This document shows, one piece after another, positions 10,897 through 20,811 of a stretch of 42,250 bases of DNA. Made by a program: the position numbers and the translations under genes. The notes beneath the pieces were generated by a model, which ran no database searches, was not told the origin of the DNA, and saw only the letters and a list, made by a program, of their open reading frames with translations. How positions within the stretch are numbered: position 1 is the stretch's first letter; the number at the start of each line of letters is the position of its first letter. The DNA comes from Perkinsus chesapeaki ATCC PRA-425 (Eukaryota; Protista; Perkinsozoa), in assembly GCA_013115145.1 (NCBI GenBank), contig JAAPAO010000291.1:1-42250 (forward strand), given 5' to 3'.

Positions 10897-10968
10897 GCGC
10901 CGCTAGTCTAAAGGTTAAGACTTCTGTCTGCCAAACGGAAGATCCGGGTTCGAGTCCCGGGCGGCGCA
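10897..10968 (+). tRNA. tRNA-Gly(GCC)
   Basis: 72-nt cloverleaf with acceptor stem GCGCCGC/GCGGCGC, D-arm GTCT/AGAC, anticodon loop CTGCCAA and T-arm CCGGG-TTCGAGT-CCCGG. Confidence 0.95.
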
Positions 10969-11220
10969 GTGCTTCTTACCCATACACATGTGTACGTGGA
11001 CGTCCGTAGTCTAGGAGCAATGCACCAGAACGAGCCTGGCCCCAGCGTGTGAATGCCCGTAGATACCACGTATTCACCATAGCGCAAATACGACATCAAC
11101 AGCTTTTCCTCCATATAGCACCCTTCTCTGTGGGAGGAAGCTGAAAGCAGATTTCGAACCTCTGAACGATTTATGCGGTCTACGAGCATCTTCGTGGGAC
11201 TACGTAAATTTAATATTCGG

Positions 11221-11304
11221 AAGTAGTGACTACTTGGTGGTCCTTGCTAAGTTGTAGTAGTCGGGCTCACCTTCAAGGTGAGCCCGAGACAAGGTGACAC
11301 CTTG
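11221..11304. repeat. Cluster of three perfect palindromes with 1-nt centres
   Basis: AAGTAGT-G-ACTACTT (11221-11235), TCGGGCTCACCTT-C-AAGGTGAGCCCGA (11261-11287) and CAAGGTG-A-CACCTTG (11290-11304). Confidence 0.85.
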
Positions 11305-11498
11305 GCACCGTAAAACGGATGTTCGTATATACAGTAGCCATTAAACAATTAATACTCTCAATACGCAAATCAATTCGTGTGGGTAAATACAGCCAAATAT
11401 GTAAGCATTTACATTGCACATACATTCAACCCTGATTGGCAAGCCGTGAGCGACCACTGCACGCATACATATACCGCATACTTCACCACACGGGCACT

Positions 11499-12692
11499 TC
11501 AGACAACTACGCCGGATATGCCCTCAGTAGCGCGATCAACTGGGTATGCGTCCCGCTGCTTTGCCTTGGACTTAGCGATTCGTATCTCGCGCTTATCAAA
11601 ATCAAATAGAAAATGATAATACCGGAGTAAATCAAGCCCGACTGTGAGACATTCCAGATATCCTGGGTCTTCTTGGATCAGTAAGACGCATCGTTTAGTC
11701 GCTAGACTCCTGGTCACGTACATTTCACTGGGGATGACCACAGGGATAGTCCCGCTTCGAGACTTCCCCTTGAATACGAGCTGAATCGGCGGAAGGTATC
11801 TCGCGTCTTCACAGTTCTCCAGGATAGGACGCCTCATCGACTCCTCGGATATCTTGACATGATTACCGTGGTATGCAGCGCTCCTTTTGATGATCTCCAT
11901 CACAGCACGATAAATACTCCTGGGAAGATGCAAAGAAGTTGTCCCACTGTCTATGACTATCTTATGAGGTCCTGATAGCGATGGCATTTGGACAGGCATC
12001 CCTGCGACAACAATACCTTTCAAGCCAACTGACCAGAGGTCATCGTTTATCAGGAATGGCACAGTACCCGCTGGCCCCTTATACTTCGAGGGATCCTCTC
12101 CACCAAGGATGAGTTCCCCCTGGTCTATGTTGCTGGGGTTGAAGTGGATGGAGAACTGTCTCCTACTGATGACACCCTTATTTACTAGCTGATCCAGTAA
12201 GGGAGTGAAGTCTTCGTCGTCATCCTCTGGTCGGGGTCCAAGTCCAAGGGATGCATGCGCGGGATTTCCGTGTGCGGTATAGTTCACAGCTATTCCCAGG
12301 TCTACATCTGTGATTTCTTCGCCGTCAATTTCGATGGAAGATCTGTGATGAACGATAGAGGTTCTTGAACCATCACCGAACATTAAATCGGTAGACTCAT
12401 GAGCTCCGGTCGTAGGTTTCCATCTGTAGCAATCATAAATGAAGGGATAGTAAGGCTCTCCATTGAACAGTGTCGCATTCGAGAGTAAGAAAGACTCGTG
12501 GGTTCCGGTGTCCATGAACAGTTTAATATGTTGACCGTCCACCACTAATGGTACGAGAAACGCGGAGTCATGTGTTCCAAACCACACATACGTTCTTTTG
12601 GAGATTTGAAGCTTCACTACTTTCTCGCTCACACCCATTTGGTAAGTAGCCCACAACCGAAACGATTGTGTTAGCTTCGCGAAGTGTCTCAT
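11499..12692 (-). CDS. Intronless pepsin-family aspartic protease (second subfamily)
   Basis: ORF 11499..12716, likely start M9 at 12692. Motifs are FMDTGT and VIDSGT, SLGLG, FSIHF...GELILGGED and LLRYYHFLFDFDKREIRIA. Confidence 0.92.
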   Translation of the reverse strand: MRHFAKLTQSFRLWATYQMGVSEKVVKLQISKRTYVWFGTHDSAFLVPLVVDGQHIKLFMDTGTHESFLLSNATLFNGEPYYPFIYDCYRWKPTTGAHESTDLMFGDGSRTSIVHHRSSIEIDGEEITDVDLGIAVNYTAHGNPAHASLGLGPRPEDDDEDFTPLLDQLVNKGVISRRQFSIHFNPSNIDQGELILGGEDPSKYKGPAGTVPFLINDDLWSVGLKGIVVAGMPVQMPSLSGPHKIVIDSGTTSLHLPRSIYRAVMEIIKRSAAYHGNHVKISEESMRRPILENCEDARYLPPIQLVFKGKSRSGTIPVVIPSEMYVTRSLATKRCVLLIQEDPGYLECLTVGLDLLRYYHFLFDFDKREIRIAKSKAKQRDAYPVDRATEGISGVVV

Positions 12693-13441
12693 GGTAGCTA
12701 GGTAAGGTGAGATCACTAAAAGCGAGTGGATAGACTCATTGACGCTAGGTTAATGGAGTCGGAATATTCCGATAACCGCATCTTTCGAGCGGCGAGACGT
12801 GGGCGCATCGGCATTGTTGGTGAAGCAAGAGTGATGCGGGCGCGCGCGCGTGATAGTTGGGTTGTCCCAATGGGTCGACAAATTTGCATCAGCTGAAGCG
12901 TCGCATGCTTGGAATCAGACGCTTCTCTACAGCCACACACAGAGGACGTAGTGTAAGTTATGAGAGGCCGTCTGAGCCTCAGATTCTGAGAAACCCTGAT
13001 ATTTGTACCGAGATAACTTATCCCTACGGAGCCCCTAGTAGGAGCTGCTCTGCGTGCGTAGGGCGAAATCTAAAACACTTACGGAAAGTATCACCCGCTG
13101 CGACCTGAGGTGCGTCATTGACAGTGCGAAGTTCGGGCGGGGATTGTATAATACTGTGTAACTTACATTATATGAGCTCGTAGGATGCGATCTGAGTGCA
13201 GCAAGATATGCTGCCTCAGATATGCTGGCATCGTCATATGACGGTCTCGCAGTGTGACGTGACAGCGAGCCCCGACTCAACACTTCACGACATATCTCCG
13301 TGATTCAAGAGCTGCTTTGTCGCACGTTTGAGAGGGTATATATAATAACATATAGGAATCTACTACGTGGTGACTGGCCACGCGGAGACGAGAAACAAGG
13401 CTGCCCTTGACAGTTCTCTCTCTGGCTTCTCTCCGAACAGC

Positions 13442-14128
13442 ATGGTTGAAACAAGTTCTCCCTTGTTTATGGTGGGTCGTCGACCTCAGCTCTTCGGCAG
13501 AAGCTATGAAGTACCTATCGAGCCAGACTCAGAGCAGATCACCCTGGAGAATGGTCTGAAGCCTCAAGGAAGATCTTCAGCATTTAAGTGGTTCCCCGCC
13601 ATCATTTACGCAGTTTGCTTCCTTTGTCTGCTGACCGTCGTCTGGTTGCTGGTTCTGAATTCCGTGATCGCGCCGTATATGATAAGCACATTCCTACGGG
13701 AATCGCACTGGTCGATAACTCGGATATACCTTGCCAGCGATGATTCCCGTATCCGTGCAGGTCTCAACATTCTCGCCTTGCGGCCTAGCTTTACGTTCGA
13801 GGTCACTAATGTGAAACATGCTGTTCAAATACACGTTGATAAGCCCCTGGTCCGCGTCACTAACTCTACAGGGCCCTCATGGCCGTTAGAAGCCTTCACC
13901 TCCAGTCTGAATCCCGGTCCCTACGGCAACGTCCTCACAACTCGATACCAAGGGAGCACTGCTTGGGGTCTTGATTGGCTTCCCAATGCGTCACACTATG
14001 AAATTGTCTTCGTATGTCTGGTCGACGTGACAATCTTCGGTGCAACCAGAAAGAGATGCCCCTTCACAAAGACATTCCACGTGGATGCTTCCCTGGTGGT
14101 GGCAGATCTTGCGACGATGTTTCCGTGA
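13442..14128 (+). CDS. Intronless type II single-pass membrane protein of unknown function
   Basis: ORF 13367..14128, first ATG at 13442. A TM segment (IIYAVCFLCLLTVVWLLVL) is followed by a domain with beta-strand-like patterning. Confidence 0.7.
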   Translation: MVETSSPLFMVGRRPQLFGRSYEVPIEPDSEQITLENGLKPQGRSSAFKWFPAIIYAVCFLCLLTVVWLLVLNSVIAPYMISTFLRESHWSITRIYLASDDSRIRAGLNILALRPSFTFEVTNVKHAVQIHVDKPLVRVTNSTGPSWPLEAFTSSLNPGPYGNVLTTRYQGSTAWGLDWLPNASHYEIVFVCLVDVTIFGATRKRCPFTKTFHVDASLVVADLATMFP

Positions 14129-14273
14129 TGCCCTTAGACATTTGCATTCGTCTCATATCATTCACCGTACTGCACGGTGCAGTCTTTCCTCGTCTACTGT
14201 AGTACTATTTCAACACAGTTTTGATACGAGCTTCTGGGCCCACATATTGTGTTAAATGTAACCAAGAACACTT

Positions 14274-14401
14274 GACTCTAGTCACTAGAGTCTAGTGACT
14301 ACAGTCGAGTGAGTCCGATCTGATGAAAGTGCTGATATGGTGTACCGCAGACTGCGGTCCGCAATCGTATCTTACATAGTAGTTAACGACGACTCGTCGT
14401 T
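14274..14401. repeat. Cluster of four perfect palindromes with 1-nt centres (two overlapping)
   Basis: GACTCTAGT-C-ACTAGAGTC (14274-14292), TAGTCACTAGA-G-TCTAGTGACTA (14279-14301), ACCGCAG-A-CTGCGGT (14344-14358) and AACGACGA-C-TCGTCGTT (14385-14401). Confidence 0.85.
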
Positions 14402-14687
14402 CACCCCTTTGTAGGAGATGTATTCATTGTTCATTGTTTCCTGGTGAGGCTATGGTATAGGATTCACAACGCAGACTGGTTGCGCAGGCACTCATGGGTG
14501 CAAGTTTGACACTGGCACACCCCGGGCGTGTCAGGTTGATGCCTGACGGGCGTCTCTAATATGTTCGCTCGCCATTCGGGCAGTCTCCGAGACACGCAAA
14601 CGAATGATTTACATATCTCAACCAATGCATTCCGTGAGATGAGGCATAGCCTTCTTCAGTACGCTTCGTTTTACCGCGACGAACATT

Positions 14688-15848
14688 ATGCCACGCCTCC
14701 AGGGAAATCTTAAGCTCTTCTCTTTAATACTACATAAAGTCATTACTGACGATACTGTCAGACTTAGCCTAATGAAAAAGAGGTTTATATGGGGAAATAA
14801 TCATCACGATATACTAACCGTACCAATGGAGGTCGATGGCCAGCTTTTAAATCTTGCGGCGGATACAGGATCAGACAAAACATTCGTCATCTCAAATCAC
14901 TCACTATGCAACGGGAATGTATGTGAAGGATCTATCTTTGGACTGTACCGGTGTAACCAGTCATATTGTGATGGGGAGTCCATGGAGGTATTTTTCCAAG
15001 ATGGCAGGTTTGTGGATATTGTCCACCGCAAAGGCGAAGTCAAGCTTGATGACCAGGAGGTTTCGGGAATCGAATTCGGCATTGTGAAAAACTATACCTC
15101 TCCGGGACTTCCTCCCCACTCCTCTTTGGGGTTGGGCTTGACAGACTCAAAAGATTTCGATCCTATTCTGGACCAGCTTTTCATGAAAGGGATCATCAAA
15201 AGTATGGAGTTTTCCATCTATTTCGATCATGAAAACGCAGACGAGGGAGAGCTGCTCCTAGGCGGAAGCGACTCTACAAAATATGATGGTCAGTTGTTCC
15301 CGGTCCCACTAATAGATCATGATGATTGGGAAGTTACACTAGAGAATTTAAGGATTAATAATACAAATATCATAGAAGCGGCATACCCTATCCTCTTCGA
15401 CACTGGAACGGTTTTTCTGGGTTGCCCAAAGAAGGTTTACGATGCAATCACCGCACGTATCGAGGAGACGGTTAGAGCCGCTGGTGGGGAGTTGAAGTTA
15501 TATAAGATGGGTTCTGTATCGTTCCTAAAATGCGAGGACCGTACGTATCTGCCCACACTGGAGCTCGTACTGGAAGGGCTCCACCATGAGGACAGTTTAA
15601 CGCTTTTCATCCCGCAAGAGCGTTATGTTACTGAGCTACCTGGTGGTGACAGATGCGTGCTCCTCATACTTGAGATTCCGTTCGACCTAGGACGGCTCGT
15701 GGTTGGAGCGACCCTTCTCCGAGATTACTACTTGAACTTCAATAAAGACAAACGTCAAATCTACATCGCGAAAACTGCGCAAACATCTCATCCCAAGCGC
15801 AGCCTCGGCCGCCGCCCTACACATGGGAAAATATCATCGTCGGTTTGA
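14688..15848 (+). CDS. Intronless pepsin-family aspartic protease (second subfamily)
   Basis: 386-aa ORF with AADTGS and LFDTGT, SLGLG, FSIYF...GELLLGGSD and LLRDYYLNF. It is clearly homologous to 11499..12692. Confidence 0.92.
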   Translation: MPRLQGNLKLFSLILHKVITDDTVRLSLMKKRFIWGNNHHDILTVPMEVDGQLLNLAADTGSDKTFVISNHSLCNGNVCEGSIFGLYRCNQSYCDGESMEVFFQDGRFVDIVHRKGEVKLDDQEVSGIEFGIVKNYTSPGLPPHSSLGLGLTDSKDFDPILDQLFMKGIIKSMEFSIYFDHENADEGELLLGGSDSTKYDGQLFPVPLIDHDDWEVTLENLRINNTNIIEAAYPILFDTGTVFLGCPKKVYDAITARIEETVRAAGGELKLYKMGSVSFLKCEDRTYLPTLELVLEGLHHEDSLTLFIPQERYVTELPGGDRCVLLILEIPFDLGRLVVGATLLRDYYLNFNKDKRQIYIAKTAQTSHPKRSLGRRPTHGKISSSV

Positions 15849-17228
15849 AGTGTTTCGAACTACAACCAGCTTTATGATGCTCTACGCGAACATCGTTATT
15901 TTCACTCCATCCTTCACCAGAAGGGAGAACACACGGAGTCGGAAGATCTGTTTTGAATGTTCACTTTCCTGTCGGTGGTCGGAATTGTGTCTTCTACTGT
16001 AGCTGTTTGCGGTTGCCAACCGCCATGTCCCCATTCTAGGCGTTGAGTCTTTAGTTGTTACTTACTCGTCCTGCATTCAATAGATGGGCACCTGTGCTTA
16101 TCAACAGCAGAGGCACACTTGTGTGGGATTCAGGACAGTGGAACCCCGAATTCGCGACACGACAATTGCGAATCGGACCGGTAGAACGGAGCTGCTAACG
16201 GCGAGCTCAGATTGGGTAAACTCGGAAGAACATTTGTTGCCAAGATTGAGATTGTAACGACATTAAAAGTTTCACCAGTAAGTTACTGGCAGTAACCAAG
16301 AAGCTTGTCCGTCAAGACGAACTAATCGAGGTACTTAGCGAGAAGTGTATGTTATAGGGGAGGTGCAGAAGTGATACTACCAAGTGTCGGGGATTAAGTA
16401 GTCCACTGGAATCTACTCGACAGTTTGTTCACTAAGTACTGCTAACATCAGCAGGTTACTAGGTCTCAATGGATCCATGTCATTCATGCCGGAGCGCTTC
16501 CGGTGGAGCAGCTGAACTTTATTTCCCCCAGTCATCTCGGCCGCGACCTATTTGCTCTATATGCAAGGCAAATAGGGGCGAAAACGTCTGTTGAGGAAGG
16601 CTACTCAATGATAACAATGTCTCCTTGCTGATACTTTCAAGTTCAAAAATTCGAGGTGTAGATTCTCGGTTGAAGAGTGACTTACAAATGACGTAAGAGT
16701 GACCAGCGAATCAGCTTGGGTGATGAAGTAAACCAAAGAAAATAGCTTCTTTAATAAACTCATTGTAGTGTACTGCTTCCTCTATGAACTTACGAGTTAC
16801 AAAATGCCACGAGTGGCGCAGGCCTTGGGATGACGCGCTCCACTTTCTTAATGACCAATGCGCTGCCACTGTACATTACGATAATCGCAGGACTAGACAG
16901 GCCTGGATTGGCTGGCATGTGAGACTAATCCCTCCCCGAAACCGAAACAAGATAATAGTATTCTCAGAATACCGGGGCATATTGCTCCGGGTATTACCGG
17001 CTGCCTACATTTACGTCGTTTTGATACGACAGGCGCAGCCTGCGCCGCCGCGCCGGAGCCTCAGGAGATCATTGGCTTCGATCATTACAACCCAAGTTTC
17101 AACCACATAAGCAAACATCGGACAAGCATAAGGTCTGACGCTTTTAGGTCTGAGCAATCGCGTTCCAGTCGTTTTGTTCCTCTAGTAGACCGTTAGCAGT
17201 TCACTCTTTGGCCGTCTACCCAGTTACA

Positions 17229-17411
17229 ATGCGCATAACCCTTTTCCCAGTTATCATCAGCCTATACTTGGTTACGATTTTTGGTGATAACTCTCCCCGT
17301 GGCCTCCGCAGGTTGGGTGATCCTGTTTGCCCCAACTTCTGCGAAAAGTCGTGCCGCCCAGATTGCGATTGTATAACTTCGGTTACTCAATGCGAGTGCA
17401 GCTGCAGTTGA
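17229..17411 (+). CDS. Small secreted cysteine-rich peptide (60 aa); possible spliced extension to 17746
   Basis: MRITLFPVIISLYLVTIFG-DNSPRGLRR-LGDPVCPNFCEKSCRPDCDCITSVTQCECSCS*: a signal peptide, a short pro-like region ending RR, and 8 Cys in the last 27 aa. Confidence 0.6.
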   Translation: MRITLFPVIISLYLVTIFGDNSPRGLRRLGDPVCPNFCEKSCRPDCDCITSVTQCECSCS

Positions 17412-17929
17412 GTCAACTGCTCATCAACTGTGTTGATGTTCTTTCCCGTTCATGAGAGGTATACAAGTGTGTGCGGCGGTGGAACAGTGAGATGGTGCTG
17501 TGTCGTCCATGCAGCTTGTCAGATGATTATCTTTCGTTTGCCCTTCCGGATACCCAGATTGAGGTTCACTGCCCAGATCCAGATCAAGTTTCGCCTGTCG
17601 CCCTCGAGGGTCGCTGGAAGTGTCCTATTTATTTTCTCTGCCGAGAGATATGTGGCTTCAAACCACATATCCACTGGCTTGTAGGTCATCCTTACATTAC
17701 TCTTTCGTTTGTTGGTTCGATAGTTAACCTGATTTGGCTCGGCTAGCTTTTCCGGGATGTACAATGGTTGAGTTACTATAGTCAAACTCTTCACAGATGA
17801 GTCATCCAGTGCCCATTACCTGACAGCATCGGACTCGTTCACCCACCGGGCTATTTGTTGTTTATGGGGGATCATCGACCCCAACTTGTTGGTAGGAGAT
17901 ACGATCTATTTTTTGAATCCGATTGGCAG

Positions 17930-18154
17930 AAGGAAGATCTCCAGCGTTCAAGTGGTTCCCCGCCATCATTTACGCAGTTTGCTTCCTTTGTCTGCTGACC
18001 GTCGTCTGGTTGCTGGTTCTGAATTCCGCGATCGCGCCGTATATGATAAGCACATTCGTACGGGAATCGCAGTGGTCGATAACTCGGATATACCTTGCCA
18101 GTGATGATTCCCGTATCCGTGCAGATCTCAACACTCTCGCCTTTCGGCCTAGCT
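17930..18154 (+). pseudogene. 225-bp truncated duplicate of 13566..13790
   Basis: Near-identical nucleotide match covering the TM region of the 13442..14128 gene. It has no ATG, and homology stops abruptly on both sides. Confidence 0.85.
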
Positions 18155-18503
18155 CCACTTCCCTTTAAACCATCATCGACTTCACTCACTCAAGTGTATG
18201 GTAAATGCACTTAAACATCCTTCGCTCGCTGCTAACATTCCACAAGGCGCAGCTCACAGTTTAAATATCCGTCTAAATCATTAGCCAAGGAAATCGAGGA
18301 GAATTTGGTAAAATTTTATCAAATTTTCGTTTTCCCATGAAAATACGTGGGAGACCACTCATACGGAGCCAGCCGCTCAACGTTATAGTGTTCGTATGAA
18401 GACTTATAATAACCCAAATCGAGTTAATGTTGATAATAACACGATCGGCAAGTGAATGCACAACAGACATGCTGGTGATAAGCGATGCCACCTTAAGGCA
18501 TGC

Positions 18504-19365
18504 TCACGTGGATGTAGTGGTGGTGGTACTAGGCTCCACAGTAGTGGTGCTATTAGTAGTGGTAGCGGGTGGGCCGGCAGCACAGGTCTCGACTATATTG
18601 GCCCCGTTGTTCATGTGTGAGACATAGCGACCAAAGCCACCGATGGCAGTCGAGAAGGCCTTGATAGCATCACAGTCGAGCTTAACACCGCCTAACTGAG
18701 GAGGGAGATCCACCTGGTCGATCTGATCTTTAGTCTCTTTGGTGAATTGTGTCAAATGGGACAGATCAGGCGCCACGAACTTATCGCTCGAGCCATCACC
18801 GCTACCTTCACCACCAAATTCAAGGGTGATGGTGGAATGTCCTGGCAGGAAATCAATTTCACAATCGCTTCCCGGGGCGGTTGAGTTGCCTCCAGAGCCC
18901 TTGTGGGTGCAAAGGACCTTAGCACCGTTGAGCAGGGGATCTCTACCACTGTGGATGTAGTCGGACAAAGCCTGGCAAGTAGGGGCACGACGCTCCACGT
19001 TGTCAAGGAATCTTGCGCCGAAGGTCGCCATTTGGCCAGCGCATCGGCCACTAACCAACTTATGGACATCACCGGTATGAGTGAAGACCAGATAGGTATC
19101 TGGATCGCCCAGGAAAACCTTGCATGAGTTGCCGGCCTCCTCGGGGGGTAGTATCTGATTCAACATTTCAGCAGGAGGGGGTCCGCGAGCTACCTCTGCC
19201 GATTTCGTTTTATATGGGAAATCATCCTGCTTGCTGCATCCAGCAATTAGCCTGATAATAAGGCAAACGTCAGTTTCAGAGACGGCAGTTGATGGCCCAA
19301 GGCAGGGCTTTGGTGACTTACATGGCGATGGCTGTGGTGGTGGTGCCGACTAATGCTGTTTTCAT
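18504..19365 (-). CDS. Secreted or surface protein with lipobox-like N-terminus and Thr-rich C-terminal stalk
   Basis: Exon 1 19365-19322, a 70-nt GTAAGT..CAG intron (19321-19252), then exon 2 joining ORF 18504..19166 in frame. This gives MKTALVGTTTTAIAMLIAGCSKQDD...PATTTNSTTTVEPSTTTTTST. A GTGAGC donor overlaps the stop, so the true C-terminus may be longer. Confidence 0.75.
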
Positions 19366-19869
19366 CTCAATTAATCTCAGAGGTGTACCTCAATTAAAAG
19401 GGTTCAACTGGTAAAACTAAATCACCCAATAACGCCTCTTATCCTCCCTTCCTTGCCGATCGCAAGGAAACTTTTTTTGCTCGAAAGTGCAGGAAAAATT
19501 TACATGCATTCTCCAACCGCCTCCTCGCCGTCGTTGTTGGAAGCGTCGTTGTTGTTTGACTTTCCTATTGTTCAATCGGCCAGTATCGATTGTTGGAGCA
19601 TCTAGGAGTCCAGTTTTATAACCTTACTCTTCGTACATAGTCGGAAATACTGCCCCGACGTTATGAAACAACGCAGCACTTTGAATTTCGGCATAGGCGT
19701 TTTGCGCCTGTAGGGTGATGATGTCAATCTTTGCCACTGTTAAACCGTAATGAGGCATCTGTGAGGCGCCACTTTATTCATCTGTATGACTTAGATTGTA
19801 TTATTACTCCGGGCCAAGGGGGTTGCTGATGTTTCATATGATTGTCAATAACATTTCGTTTAACTCTTC

Positions 19870-20700
19870 GTAGAGCGCATCGCTGCCAACAGTCATACGG
19901 ACGCAAGTCCAACCAAGTGGCTCTGTATTATTCGTCATCACATCGTTTCTACGATCAGCATCTTGTAGAATGTCAACACATCAACCGCCATCTCCCCCCA
20001 GTGATGCCCTTCCGATAAAGGTTTTACCAGTCAAGGCTTATATAAAGGAATTTGAGGGTAAACATCCAGAAGGTAACAACAATGCCAAATGCCCAGCGGG
20101 ACATTTGAGTGTTTTAGTGGTGAAGAGGGAGCATCCAGAACAACTGGTGCCACAGCGACCGAAGGGAGGAAGAAATGGGGCTATAGAGGATGTAACAGTT
20201 TACTGGCGCAGTGACTTTTATTTGGCTCCAGGTTGACAGCTGTATGAGTTCTTGCCGATATGCTTTGTATGAGCAAGCTGAGCGTGAGTCGACCTTGGAT
20301 ACGATTTTTGGCGAAGATAAAGAGACGGAGGTGTCCCGACGTTTGGTAGGTTTTCTGGTAAGGAACTCATAAACCGGTTCGAACCGTCTGAGTAGCTATC
20401 TGAGACACCGTTCATCTGTAGGGTATACAGATAGAGTATATGGCACCAAAAACGCCCCTAGGACGGCAATTGTGTCACCATGAGGTCTCTTGTGAAAATT
20501 GTGAAGGCTACAGCTGCGTGTTTTGCTGATGTGAAAATGTTAGTCCTCAGTCGAGTACCGTTATATCCAATCCTGGTAGCAGTAGGTAGCGTTATTGCAA
20601 TAGCAAGGCAGAAGACATCACTGCCATTCATGCGTTAAAGCGTCCTTCAATTGTTGGTCTCAACTCAGGTGCATTCCAGATTCTCAGCAATGCAGGGTCA
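19870..20700 (+). CDS. Probable multi-exon hypothetical gene, not resolved
   Basis: Several short open segments are flanked by AG and GT(A/G)AG sites, e.g. ORF 19970..20236 and the segment at 20240-20345. No family was recognised. Confidence 0.25.
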
Positions 20701-20811
20701 GTGTCGCAGACTTTGTACGCAACGTTTCATAGATCCTCATAAAACCGTTTCGTGATGAAAAAAGTATCTTAGGTTGAAGTGTGTCAATAGCCTGATATAT
20801 CAGCTCACACC

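Noticed and set aside
11331-11342. Spliced-leader relic (ACAGTAGCCATT)
   Set aside because: It only partly matches the recalled ACCGTAGCCATYTTGGCTCAAG leader, lacks the GGCTCAAG 3' half, and is not upstream of a same-strand ATG.
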